Below, piece after piece: positions 38,541 through 60,782 of a DNA stretch of 64,000 nt (positions are counted from its first letter, which is position 1; each line of letters begins with the position of its first letter). The notes beneath the pieces are model-generated. The model searched no databases. It was not told the origin of the DNA and saw only the letters and a program-made list of their open reading frames with translations. The position numbers and the translations under genes are program-made. The stretch is from Asterias rubens. Taxonomy: Eukaryota. Location of the stretch: contig NC_047066.1 in NCBI RefSeq assembly GCF_902459465.1, positions 6,634,001 through 6,698,000 on the forward strand. Reading direction: 5' to 3'.

Positions 38541-39488
38541 GTTATTACCAGGTACTTGTGCAATGGCAACAGACTGACCAATCAAGAGGCCGCACATGCT
38601 GGACACGCCCACATGAATCTATAACTGTCGATTACATCATAGTTTTGCTTCAACACGCCGCGCGGCGCCTGCATTGAAAAGAAACTAAAAGACGTCATCA
38701 AAATTCACGTTTGTTTGACAATCGATTCATGATATTGATAGACGCTTGGGTTTTTGTTTGATTGCCGACGTTGCAAGAAAAGTGTTAAAACTCGTTGATA
38801 ATTCATCTTGCACTGTTAAAAAGAAAAGAATACAAACAAGAAAGCAAAATCCGACCGGGCCACTCAGGCGAGTGCGCGCTGTCAATTTGCTAGAAAAAAA
38901 TAGTTATCAACAAAATTAGCAAGGTTGTCGAACCTCCTAACTATCCACAAAACCTGAAAACCACATCATCGCAGGGCGATTACTTGCACAAATAAAAGCT
39001 GACTAGACCTAGTGTTTGTTAATTCCACACCCTTTATTTTGTATCTAGCCCTGGCCCTTTGAAGCAATTTTTCTAGAAAACAAATCCAAATACACAGGCC
39101 GCAAACGTACATCTGATGCAACCATCTGTAATAATACTGTAGACGGATCGTGAGTCACAGCACGCCAGTTCGCGAGGTTCATTACCTGGTATAATACGAA
39201 AACGGAGTGAATATGCTGACCAAATTATCTGGGGTCCATTCACTCAGTGACTAGGTGTAAGTGGATGACCTCAGCAAACAAAAACAAAGTAATTTTACCG
39301 TCTTGGAAAAGTGAATGAGTTACACACGAGCAACTCGCCAAAACATAAATGTCTACTTTAAAATATGTTTGTTTGTATAGATAATTATTTAAACCACAAG
39401 AGTTAGATTTGTTGACTTATGTATTCTTTATTTGGGGTTGGGTGGTTACTTGCAGATGGAGTGCTACATTTTTGTTTAAATCTAAAAA

Positions 39489-39504
39489 GCCACGAGAGGG
39501 CGCT
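39489..39504 (+). promoter_or_regulatory. CTCF-type motif (GCCACGAGAGGGCGCT) between the cyclase-like gene and the MVP 5' region
   Basis: Consensus match only. Confidence 0.4.
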
Positions 39505-40093
39505 ATCAAACTGATGTGACACCAAAAACAGCCGCAGTTTACAGCACAGTGTGATGGATGGCTATTCGTTTTTATTGATGATGCAGATCATTTTTAGGAA
39601 ATGTTAATATTACGTTAGTACTACTTCACCTCCTGTGCATCAGCTTATAGACCATGAAGGTGATGCAATGGGGGGGGGGCAGATGAGCAACAAAATAGAT
39701 AATGGACACTTGAAACAATTGCCTTCAAACCACGTTTACCGGTAGTGAATGCGAAATGTGTCATAATTTGTCAAACATTACAAATTCCATTATGTTCAGG
39801 AACAATTACATTTTTCCTTCAATCTTCAATACATCTTACAAACTTTATGTGGTAAATATCAGCATTTATAATTATATGATGGTGTCTTTAGAAATAACCG
39901 ACGATGTTAAAGGCAGAGGACACCACACAACTTCGTGTGACAAGGGTAATTTTTCTTCCATAGTTATCTCGCAACTCCGATGACCAACCGAGCTAAAATT
40001 TTCACAGGTTTACACCAAGTGAGAAGACTGGATTTTGACAATTACCAATCGTGTCCAGTGTCTTTAAAATCCTTCAGAGGCTATCATGTAGGC

Positions 40094-41677
40094 CTATACA
40101 CAAGGATTTTCGGGACAGAGTTCCTCTCCGCCGAACTCCAGAGCAGCGCCTTCGAATATCTGTGTACTCAAAAGACGGTAGCCAAACAGCCTACGCTCAT
40201 ACACGGCGATGTCAACCGATGCCGCAAAGCTTTCAACCAGTACATTCTCGAAGCCCCGCTCGGTGGGCCCTCTCAGACACTTCTGAAGGGTCGAAGGAGG
40301 CGCCCTAGCCCGTATGACCAACTTGTGCCGGAACGAAACCACTTCGATGGACACCTCGCCGGAGCAGCCATCCGAGGTCACCCGGGCCATTGAATTGACG
40401 GGGTGGAAGTTCAACTCCAGTTCGGTGTTGAAGTCCCTGACACCGAAGAGGTGAGCTGGTACCGATAGAGGACCGAACCCAAGCACCCCAAATGTCCCTG
40501 CGAAGGCCGTCGATGAGGTTGAGTTGACACCCTGCATCCAGATCCATGAAGCAGGGAAGCCGTTTCCCCAGTTTTTCTCCTGGTGCATTGTACCGTCGCC
40601 TTGGATGCGGAGGCCCGTCTTGTCATTCTCCCAAGTAAAGTCGCCAGGTGTTGCTAGGCTATAGACGAACCAATGGAGAGGGATGAACGGTACGTTGCCA
40701 AGCCAATCTTCTGGTCCTGTTGATGGAGAAAACCATAAGAAAAATTGAAAGAAAAGTGAGGTGTTATTCTAAAGAGAAGACCATCTAATTTTGGATTACA
40801 CTTTGTCTCATGTCACGGCAACCTTATTGTATTTTCGTAATCCAAACCATCACCGGGGGGAGGGAGGGGTCGGCACAAAGGGCTATCGAAACAAAACATG
40901 GGCTGGAGGTGATGATTAAAAAGGCGCTATCAAACAAAGTTTTAACATAGTTCGCCATAATGGGGCCACAGAATCTCCAGGGGGACCGAAATATTAAAGA
41001 GCATTCAACATTTTGTGAATTACTCAGTGAGCCGTGGCTGTCTCTTCTGTTTTTAAAACTACTTTGACCCAAGTGTTTCATAAAAAGTGGTGCAAGTATA
41101 AACGTTGATTTAGAGAAAGCACTTTGGAAAAAAAAACAGAGAACACAAAATCAGTCTCACCTTTACCGTGAGGTCCCCACGGAGATGGAGGCCCGAAGTT
41201 TCCCGAGAAGCGATCGTCTCCGATCGTAAAGTCGAACGTTGTTGAATCTGGCGTCACATTGAAGAATCCGAACGGCTTAGCTACCCATTCGAAATGTGAC
41301 GGACTCCAGTTGTCTGGATTTCCCGTCACCGGTCTTCCGCCGGATACAGTCACCGAGATGGTGTCCTCGTCTGGGTAGGCCTCGGCCACGACAAACGGTG
41401 CCGAATTGCCGTCACTTCGGATGATGGAGATATACGTCAGTGGAGGAGATGTGCTGTTGTTCCCTTCTTCCAATGGTTTTGGTAAGACCCGACCGAAGAG
41501 AACGCCGAAGGAGCGTGGGGAGGATGAGTCCGTTATACGGGCATACCAACCTTCGATGAACGGCCCTTGTTCGGGATAAACGTGGGGGTCATTATTATTT
41601 GCAGCCACTCCCGTTATTGCGGCAACTAGCAGAGCAAAAACGAGGGTCATTATGGACCGCCAAACCAATGCAGCCAT
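40094..41677 (-). CDS. Secreted tocopherol-cyclase (VTE1)-like protein, 379 aa, 2 exons
   Basis: Exons 41161-41677 and 40094-40716 are joined by a phase-1 GT-AG intron (1140 nt CDS). Hydrophobic signal peptide (MAALVWRSIMTLVFALLVAAITGVAA). Family motifs recognised by eye: FIEGWYARI, PLHWFV, HQEKNWGNGFPASWIWMQ. N-glycosylation sequons NNS, NST, NVT. Confidence 0.85.
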
Positions 41678-43303
41678 CTTGTTGCAAGGGCTGCTATGAC
41701 ATAGAGTTAAAATCGTTTAATCAGAACCTGATGCATAAATGGCTTGAATTGTCCTCGGGGATATAGACTATTATGCGGTGATGAAAAAGTTAAACCGTTG
41801 TGTCAACAGTGTCTGGTTTGAGTTAGATAACACTGCCCTTTGCTTTTTTGGATAACATGTTAAATAAGCACCACGTGATTGTTAAAGCTTGGAGGAAAGG
41901 TCATTGTTTTCACTAATATCTGTGTTCGGGGAAAAAAATGCATTTTTAGTTGCATTTTAAAACTCAATCCGATCTACCCAAACTCATCAAAAGTTGTAAA
42001 CTTATGTTTTTATGCTGAGAGATAAAGACACCAGAACAATCACTCAAACAATTAAAACAAACACCCCTAATAAACAATACAAAAACTACCCTAATTAAAA
42101 ATTAGGCCAAGTTCACGTGACCCTATAATAGAATATTATTTTTATGCACATTATACCGGCCTCCTGGCCAACACGGTCACAGAATGACACGAAAAGCAAC
42201 TTCTATAGACGTGTAGTCGTAGCCAAACCCAATGACTACACGTCTATAGCTAGATCTTCCATCATAACTTTTGGCCCAAACATTAAAAAATATATTTTTT
42301 TGAGTGAATTGTATTTCAAAGAGTATCACCCGCTCTAACGAAAAAAAGTTTAACTTTACTTTTAATGGTCAGGAACCATGACAAAAATTTAAAACGTTTC
42401 TTATAAATCAAACAAGAATTGGTCACGTGATATATTGTCGGGATCCCGACAAAAAGTAATTGTTAGCACTTTATTTCACTACTACTAATAGTCTGCGGAC
42501 TTTTTCGAGCAATGAAAGCTTGTAACTTTCTCGACCCCAATCAACATACCTATTGAATTTTAATTCAAAGTTTTTGGGTCAAATCGGCCAAAAATCTGAC
42601 ATAGCATCTTTGCCACATTCATAATATCATTTTTGATACGGCCCTTGACTATTTACGAGGTTATGTTGCACATAATCAGTGACATGTTTTTGTGCACTCC
42701 TCGTCCAGCTTTTCTCTAAAAAAGGTTGCAAACATAATTATCACTTACCTCACAATATTTTGGGACTAAACTTTTCGCAGACACACATTCCAAAGCTAAT
42801 ACAAATTTGTACGTAACACGTCTGGTTTCAACTTAAAGCATATAGAGTGTATGAATGCAACAAAGAAAGATAAAGGAAATCCGCTACTCCACAACTTGCC
42901 GAAATGTTCTACTGGATTTTTACTTGTAATGTTGTATCACTGTTTTGTGACCCTTTCAGATACAGCTGTTGGTCATTAATTGTAAGCAATTATACTGAAA
43001 AGAACAAAATGCGTCGGCCACACCCTTTTTAAAATAATGCACAACTTTCCCCTACTCGGGAAATAGAACAGCGAAGTCCCTAGTCCGTGACCGCTCTCAA
43101 GAATGGCGGCACATTCTTGTTGCAACAAATGGCTTTTTTGAATATCTCAAATTCCCGCGACAAGAAACAACAAAGGTAGACAAAAAACCACGATAGTTTA
43201 CATTGTGCAGAACGAAACAAAACAAGAGTTTACTACAACATTCGACCACTGCCAACGTTGCTTTATACACCGTTAAATCGTCTGGGCTTACGGCGGTGGG
43301 AAC

Positions 43304-52408
<9,105 letters not shown>

Positions 52409-54686
52409 CCCTTTTGAGAGCATTGTCCAATTTCGTAGCGCTGCTTTAATTAGCGGCTGATGTTTTGCTTACTGTGCGATTTCTATTTCATAGTGCTGCT
52501 GACCATAAGCACACGAAAAGGCATGCTAACCTTCCGGTGCTTACCGCACGAAATGAAATGACGTCACAATGCAAATCCACTCTAAATCGGTAAACATGCA
52601 ATATGGCCGCCCAATTTTTCTGCCAACCTGTGAAATACGCCAAGGCTTAAGCAAATTTTTCTGCTACAGTAAGCACGCACATTTGCTTACCGTTAAACAG
52701 CACTATGAAATTGGGCCTCATAACGCTGTTGAGCAGAAAATAATACTGCTTGACAAATTTCTTTACTAAGCAAAAATTGATTGGGCACCAGCCAGAACAA
52801 TGCAAACTTAAAGTAATTTTTGCTGCTAACCTGATTGTGTTTAGCGAACTGTTGTGCTTACAAGTTTTATGACAGTAAGCAAACTGCTTCCTTTAACAGA
52901 AGGTTTAAATGTATTTCACAGCTTACACATTCACCATGGATTTGCATTGTGACGTCATTCTTTTTCCTGCAGTAAGCATTGGAAGGTTAGCACACCTTTT
53001 TGTGTGCTTACAGTTGGCAGCGCTATGAAATTGAAAACGTACAGTAAGCACAAAATCGACCATTAAGCAGCTCAATGAAATTGGGCCCTGCTTCTATTCA
53101 ACCAAAAAGTAACCAGAGTAAAGATCATGACCCGAGTTGAAATATTCCAATGTTATGTTAAGTATAACAGTATTTATGTTTCTAAAACAAAATCAAATTT
53201 CTGTTTTATATAATTTTTTTCAGACACTATTACAAGAAAATACTGTTTCAAAGCTGGACTTTTTTTATAAAGGAAAGGGCTGTCACAGTACTTCCAAGAA
53301 ATCACTGGCAATAAAAATCTATTCAAAGTAAAACAAGTTTGTTGTTTATTATTTCTGCCATGTTGTATCCATTAAAAGAAATCATAAATAGTCTAACAAT
53401 CACTAGTAAGTACAATGAAAGATCACGAAAAACAAATAATATTTTTAATTTTAGATTAAAAAGATTATACCGATCTGTCTAGAAGTAAAGTGAATAACTT
53501 TATCTGTAATTATTGCATACACTTTTGAATCTTAATATCCCAATTTGTAATCAGATATTAGAAAAAGAGCAAACTCGTTTTTGTTTAACTGCAGTTTTCA
53601 AAACTATGCATAAATATCTTTGAAAATATCTATCTCTTGAAGATTCCACATCATAAATTACACCTTACAAACAATTAGAAGCAAGTTTTTACGCGAGCAT
53701 AAATTAGGTAAATTTTCATACGCTATCTATAATGCGGCTTATTATTATTCACATCACACAAACATTTTTAAGATGCTAAATTTCATAAGATATAAAACTA
53801 CCCTTATTTTGACTGGTGGGCGATTCAGAGGTAAGAACGTCAATAAAATGTCAATGGGTGGCCACCTACCGCTGAATGATGTAAACTTTTGCCCCCAAAA
53901 CCTTAGTTAGAAAATGTACCTGAGCTGAGCCAAACCAATCATTGAAGTTTTGAAAGAAAATTTGTAAAGGCCAGTTTTTACTTCCTGCGAATGGGAGGCG
54001 AGTTTTGACTAACAATTCCATAGAGTTGTGCAAAAACAGAGCTGTTATGTCAAATTCACTTCGCAAGAAGCATTTACAGGAAGTTTGAACTGAGATTTAC
54101 TCTGCTGTTGGCTTTTGTGTTATTCACTTGTTCCTACAGTATTTCTGCTTTTGTAGTGGCCTCTTCAAACATAAAATCCAAGACCAGAAAGCCCACAGTC
54201 CCAGGCAGTAAATTTAGTAGAAATTTGTCAGTAAACTCAAATAAAAAGACCCCACACAATAAGAGGGATAAGCTGCAATGTGAAACACAAAACACCATCA
54301 AAGAAAATTTCAATCAAATTTATAACGCCAGAATATAATGAAATGATTTCAAGAAACAATTTTTTACTGTGTTCTCAGTTGAGAAAATGGTGACGGCTTT
54401 TCAAGTCTAAGAATTCAACACCACCGACCAAACCCTTTTATGGCAAATTAAAGTTGTTTAAAACGCCAGAAAAAAATCAATTTGGCTTTATTTTGACATT
54501 ATATCCTAGTATGGCAGTCATTTGTAGAATGAAGAACCCATTTGTGTTTGTCAGTTTTCATTATACTACATTCCAATCGTACTTACTATCCGGATATGTT
54601 TATCTGTAGAGTGCCCTCGTGTAGAGCGCCCTCAAGGATACGGTTGATTTAATATAATTAGCGCTATGGTATTGGACTGACGCTTT

Positions 54687-57600
54687 CTAGTTGCCCTTCA
54701 CAAACTCTTCACCTTTAGCGATGTTCCCCTTGAGTTCGCCCATGGCTTCAGTAAGAAGTTTTTGTTCATAATCTGACAGCTTGCCGAAGCCCAAATTCTT
54801 CTCAAGACCATTTTTCTAGGAAAAAAAAGAAACAAGAAAAACGTTTTCAACCATTGACCCAATTTCAGAGACCTCTAACTCTGCAAAATCAAAATGCAGG
54901 TTTTTGTTCAAGGCGCACATTGCCTTCAAATCTCTCAACATTTTGCCGTTTGGAATTACTCCTCATCCCTTTTAAGAGTTGTTTAAACACTAAAACACAT
55001 ACAATGTGTTGTTATTATGAGAAGTGATAAAAAAAACATGCATTTGAGCCTAGAAATACAACCAGCAGAATAAACGGTCTGCCATTTTGTGGAGAAAAAA
55101 ATTTATTTCGTAAATATTAAGAAGACGTTTCTGCTTGTAGAACTTAAGTTTGTTTTCAATGGAGCAAGTTATTTTTTTGGGTGAGACAAAATTAACCTGT
55201 CAACCAAATTTTCAAAAATAACAATCGCAAATAGTTCTTACCCCAAGCAAGATTGGATTGGCGAAGTATGAAGCCTCTGTGATGTCAGACTTGACGTATG
55301 CACACTCCACGACGCCTGCTTTGCCGTTCAGAGCTTCCAAAACCTAGGATTTATCACAAGGGGAGATTATTACAAACTGAAAACAGCTACATCTACCAGA
55401 AGTTGTAACACAAACAAATAATATATTACTGGATGTTTGCATGAAATGGTCAAGGAGCAATCACTCCAACAAATTCTTGTGTTGAAATGCAAAACTTAAG
55501 CCCTGTTGTGCAGCTTGGAAAGTCAAAATACAGATTTCAAATAAAGAGGCGTTTGTTTTTTTACTAAGATGAGAGAGTATTCTTCTACAGAAACAAAGTA
55601 TCAGGCTCATAAATCCATATACATGTAGATCCTTAATCTTATTCAATCATTACTCGGTAAAGTCTTGCGTCGGATTGAATCTATTTCTGTTCCTGTGCCA
55701 ATATTAAAATAAAACATAACTCACCGAGGAAGCAAATCTTGCAGCAGCAAAAGCCATAGACAATGTTGCAGATCCCTGGCGAAGAGAAAAAAAAGAAGAT
55801 TATTATTGCAGATGAATACTGTTGGATCTGGATCATTGCTTTAATAGTGTCTTAGATTAGTAAAATCTATGAAAATTAATGACCATACAAACTGAGCTGT
55901 TGATAGTATAAACAAATTTAAGATAAAATTTCCTTCGAAATAATAATATAGTATGGATAATTTTTCAAACCAAAACAATTGTATTATAAGAAAATGATTT
56001 ATGCATGAATCCTTTCATTGAATCACTCTTTTCACAAGGTGACATGGTATATTTTGTTTCGTCTTGTACCTAACAATCATGTTCACTGATTGCAATCAAA
56101 CAGGGAGGGCCGCACTATCCAGCCTCAGTTTGCTTGCATTGAGAGAAAGAATTTGTATTTTTTGTTTACTTACAGCGCCTGCCTTGGCATTAACAACCTC
56201 GGTTCCTGCATTCTGGATACGATCAGATAACTTCTCCAACTCTTCATCGGAGAACGAAACAGGGGGCTGTGCCTAACAAATAAATTATTGACATAAATAT
56301 TGAGGAATTATTTGTAAAAGAATAAGATGTTGCATATGTCCTATGTCTTTATTTGTTTACTAACTTTACTTCAAACTTAATTTCGTTTTACTTCATTAAT
56401 TATTTCACAAGATAACACTGGCATACAAATAACTACAAATATATAATATATTACATTTAAATTTACTAAAATTGCTAAGTAGTAATAAGCAAAAAAGCAA
56501 TTACAGAAAGAAAAAAAACACACACAAAGAAAGGACACAGTGAAGACAGGGCCTCCTGAAGTATCGGAAATTAACATCAATTATTAAAATCTGGGCCTAA
56601 TTTCATGGCTCTGCTTACCATCAGCAAAGTATCAACGCTTACAGAAGTAGGGAAATCCCTGCTTATGTCAGTTTATTTCACAGGTAAGCAGGGAATGTTT
56701 GCTCATGCTTTCTTCATATTTCTATGCATTCTTTGTTAACACACTTAGTGCAGAAATTTGCCCTTGCCTCGTTAACAAGAAAATTTAGACAGCAAGAGCA
56801 GAATTTTTGTGGTAAGCAGAGCCATGAAATTGGACCCTGGTTGTTCTCTTTATCCTTACTGCAAACTGGCAAATTTCACAAAACAACCACAAATGATTGC
56901 AAAGAGAAGCGCGGTCGGAGAAAAGAAATTATGAACAAGATTTTCCAAATCATACTTTCAATATTAAAAACCATGAGAAAATTATCAAAGTACCCTCACA
57001 TTATTTATGAAAAATTTCCTAATGTACCTGTGACAAATATTTGCAAATGATCGCAAAGAAACACAGTCAGAAAGGACAACATTTTCCAAATCAAACTTTC
57101 AATTTTAAAACCACAAGATAATTATCAAAGTGCTGCCACAGTATTTAAGAACAGTGCCAAAAGTACCTGTGAGAGAAGAGGGATGATAGTGATTCCAGAG
57201 TGACCTCCGATGACCGGCACAGAGGTAGTAGCAACATCAAGCCCCTTCAACTCAGCGACAAACGTGTTTGATCTCACAATGTCCAAGGTGGTCACACCAA
57301 AAATGCGGGCGGGATCGTACACTCCGGCTTTCTTGTAGACCTCGGAGCAGATGGGTACAGTTGAGTTTACCTGATGTGACACAATAAAATAAAATAAATG
57401 TTTTCTTAAAATTCCTCAAGACTTTAAAGAATTATCAAGCAGTGTAGACTACTGAGACTGGAGTTGGTTTTTAACGATCAACTTGAACGAAATCACTCAA
57501 ACTAATTTGACTTTTTACCCTTACGTTTCTTTTGTGTGTAGGTATTGTTTGATTAGTTTGAAGTTAGATATGGAATGCAGGGATGGATTTCAAAAGGAGT

Positions 57601-60600
57601 TAAGACTAGTCTTATCTCGACTTAGGACGAGTAACTCGTCCTAAACTCGTCCTAACTTAGGACTAGCCATACATTTTTAACTAAGACTAGTCCTAAGTTA
57701 GGACTAGTCTTAACTCTTTGAGAAATCGACCCCAGAAGTGTTATCTTTCTGTATTACACAAACCCACTCACGCTTGTGTGATAACCTATACCGGTACTAA
57801 GCCTAATCAGTACCATGAAAAACTCTTGATTCAGTATCTATGGGCAAAACATACAAGTACACATTTAATGCAAGCGACCATTCACTTACTGGATTTGTGA
57901 TGATTCCCATGATGGCTTTGGGACAGTATTTAGCGGCAGCTTCACTCAGATTCCTGACGATAGATGCATTTGTGTTGAACAGATCATCTCTCGTCATTCC
58001 TTGATTGAAGAAATTATATTGGAGGTTAACTTAGCATTTGAAACAATTATTTGTAATGGAAATGAAACCTACTAAAAATCTGTAAGGTTTCAAAGATGGT
58101 TTGGTCCCATTAGAGAAGTCATTGAGAACTGTTAATTTTTTTAAATTTTTGGTCTGAGCATTCACAAAACATAAACAATTAAAATAAGATGACGAAAATT
58201 GATAAAGACAATGAAATCACATGACATATTGGTAAAACAAGTTTAAGCCAGCCTGCAACCATATGGTAAATATCACAATACACACCATGTACATTGTTCG
58301 TACACAGAAAATGATACCAATAGTAGGAGGGTTAAACATTCATGAGGATATCAATCAAAGATTTACCAGGTTTCCTTGGTACTCCGGCAGGGATGAGAAC
58401 CAGTTGACATCCCTCTAAGCATTGCTGTAGTTGTTCATTTCCCTGGTAACCAGCAACTTTAGCTGGAGTTTCAATATGACTGAGATCTGCAGCAACACCG
58501 GGTGTATTGACCACATCGAACAGCGCAAGGCTGCTGACCATTGGGTTGTTCTTGAGGAGAAGCGACAATGGCTGGCCGATGCCACCAGCTGCACCAAGAA
58601 CTGCTACTTTTTTATTGCTCTGTAAAAAAAAAGGAGCATTTATTACTTAAAATGACACGTGCTACTGGGCCAATCTCAGACCATAGACCTAGACCAACAC
58701 AAAGAGTTATGATGGACCTCTTGCTGTGATTCAAAATCAAAGTCTATTATTATAATTCTTTTTTTCCCTGTAATATTTTTTGTGTGATGCTCTAATTGTT
58801 CTAAATTTATTTTAAGATTAAATCTGTGTTCTTAGAAGAAAGTTTGTCTTGATTTTTGAAAGTGGTAAAATGTTTGCAAATCTTACAAAAATGGTCGAAC
58901 TTTCACATTTGTTACTCTAGAATGACTTGGGTTGTCTGAAACCCTAAGGTCTGTAATGGACCATACATTTGAATACTAAAAAATGTTGGTACATTTAATT
59001 TTAGTTTTTTGTTCATTCATTTATTTTTTATTATTCTAGTTTAAATTTAATTTAAAACAATTGGAGATGCTACACAGATAGGTCTCATAATAAAAAAGAG
59101 AAGCTACGCATGTCCTGTAGAAAACAAACCTAAAAGAGCACAAAACGAATGGTGTAGAAACAGAGTTGGATTGGCGCACACGGCACAACTGGGTGTCATA
59201 TTCTTCTACTACCTAGAAACTATAAAGCTTCCTCGTGAGCCTTTATAGTTTCTAGAGTAGGTGTCACAAGACTGCAAAAATAATTATATTAAAACAAAAA
59301 TGAAACATTGAAAATAGTAAGTTGTCTATCCTATTAATTCTTATTAGGCCTATGGCAGTTTTTCGCCACATTAATTTTAAATAAAATTTGAATTAAAATT
59401 GTTGCAATATTATTAATTAATATTATAATTGAATAACGGTGTCAGGACACTTCGTACCTTTGCCACTTCGTACCCTGGACACTTCGTACCTTTTGAAGGT
59501 ACGAAGTGTCTTTGGACACTTCGTACCTTGGACACTTCGTACCTTCCCTTGAGACACTTTGTACCTTTCCGTGAGACACTTCGTACCTTCTCACGAGACA
59601 GGGTGGAACCTTCAGACGAGACATTTCGTACCTTCAGGATTTCATCGCATCAACCAGAAGGCAGGGAACCACGTAAGCATGTAACTTAAGAACAACTTAA
59701 GAACACTTACAAGAAACACCCAAACACTTCACAACCCCAAAGATATTCCACAAATATTTTTAACAGTAATCATTATTTTTAATGAACTTCACTTTACAGT
59801 CCATATCAAATAAATAAATCATAATAAAAATCATAGTAATAAAAATCATAGTAAAACACGTTTTAAAAATAAATACTTTTAACTTAAAAACTGGTATTCC
59901 ATCTTTTCCTATATTTTTTATATCCGAAAACATCGGATGACGTAATGTACACCGGCCTCAAAAACTTCCAGCGGAGCGGCGCCCTCTATGGCTGACTGGA
60001 ACAAATGGCTGATCTGCACGAATGTTACAATATTAAATTATGATATTTTAAACTTCACACTGACAAGGACTTTCACATTTTAGACATTAATAACAATTCA
60101 TGAGGTATTCAGTTATATACTTTTATAATTTTACTGAAGGTACGAAGTGACTCGGCTGACGGTACGAAGTGACTTATCTGATGGTCACTTCGTACCCCGC
60201 CCATGGTATGAAGTGACCAATTTGGGTACGGTACGAAGTGTCCCGAAGGTACGAAGTGTCCAGGGTACGAAGTGGCAAAGGTACGAAGTGTCCGACATCC
60301 TTGAATAACGGTTAATAAAATCTAAATAAATAATCTGTTTTTATATTAAAATGTTTATCGAAAAGTTTTGTTCATTAATTAAAAAATAAAATTAATTAGA
60401 TTAGTTTTATTTTAGGGCTAGGCCTAACTAACCATGCTAACTAAACATGCTTTAAAAATAGCCTAATTAGGCTAATTAATATTAATTTGATTTGATGAGA
60501 AAATCGCTGAGGAGGAATGAGGTAAAGTTAATCAAAGACATTATTGGTACACTACCCACCCTCCCCACAACAACATTGAAAATACAAAACACAAGTTGAA

Positions 60601-60782
60601 ATTTTAAAAAAGAACTCGGACTGGCCGCCCCCACCGTACCCAGTCATGCCGGGTAGGTCGCCTATAGGAAAATTGAACGTAGAATGAGGAATGGCTTTTT
60701 TTACCTTGGCCGACAGAGACAACAATCGTCTCGTTTGGGTTGGAGTTCCCAGCCTCCTAAGAAGTACAACAGATCCCAGCAT
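54687..60782 (-). CDS. MDH2: Mitochondrial malate dehydrogenase, 341 aa
   Basis: Exons 60705-60782 (Arg-rich targeting peptide [26 protein letters not shown]), 58367-58619, 57890-57999, 57167-57370, 56174-56272, 55725-55775, 55242-55343, 54687-54815 (1026 nt). Motifs [59 protein letters not shown]. Confidence 0.97.
57581..57732. mobile_element. Harbinger-like MITE with CAG TSD
   Basis: cag|ggatggatttcaaaaggagttaagactagt...actagtcttaactctttgagaaatcgaccc|cag. A related element lies at about 28640-28790. Confidence 0.7.
59438..60300. mobile_element. Non-autonomous Mutator/Foldback-like DNA transposon with 9-bp TSD and subterminal CTTCGTACC arrays, in MDH2 intron 1
   Basis: TTGAATAAC is duplicated at 59429-59437 and 60301-60309. 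Termini ggtgtcaggacacttcgtacc / ggtacgaagtgtccgacatcc; many cttcgtacc/ggtacgaag units at both ends. Confidence 0.9.

Noticed and set aside
25973-40393. Plus-strand ORFs such as 25973-26425, 32680-33093 and 39980-40393
   Set aside because: Antisense shadows of GC-rich minus-strand exons of MVP and the cyclase-like gene.
40094-41677. Bacterial or algal contamination as the source of the cyclase-like gene
   Set aside because: It has a canonical GT-AG intron with host-like AT-rich composition, and it is contiguous with host repeat families and genes.
54600-54689. Stop-codon readthrough of MDH2 giving a peroxisomal signal (as in MDH1x)
   Set aside because: The TAG is followed by AAA, not a readthrough context, and the extension ends ...RALYR*, which is not a PTS1.
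59438-59640. Regularly spaced short repeats (cttcgtacc) that look CRISPR-like
   Set aside because: Units are 9-14 bp with no unique spacers, occur in both orientations, mirror the other end of the element and are bounded by a 9-bp TSD. They are transposon subterminal repeats in a eukaryotic intron.
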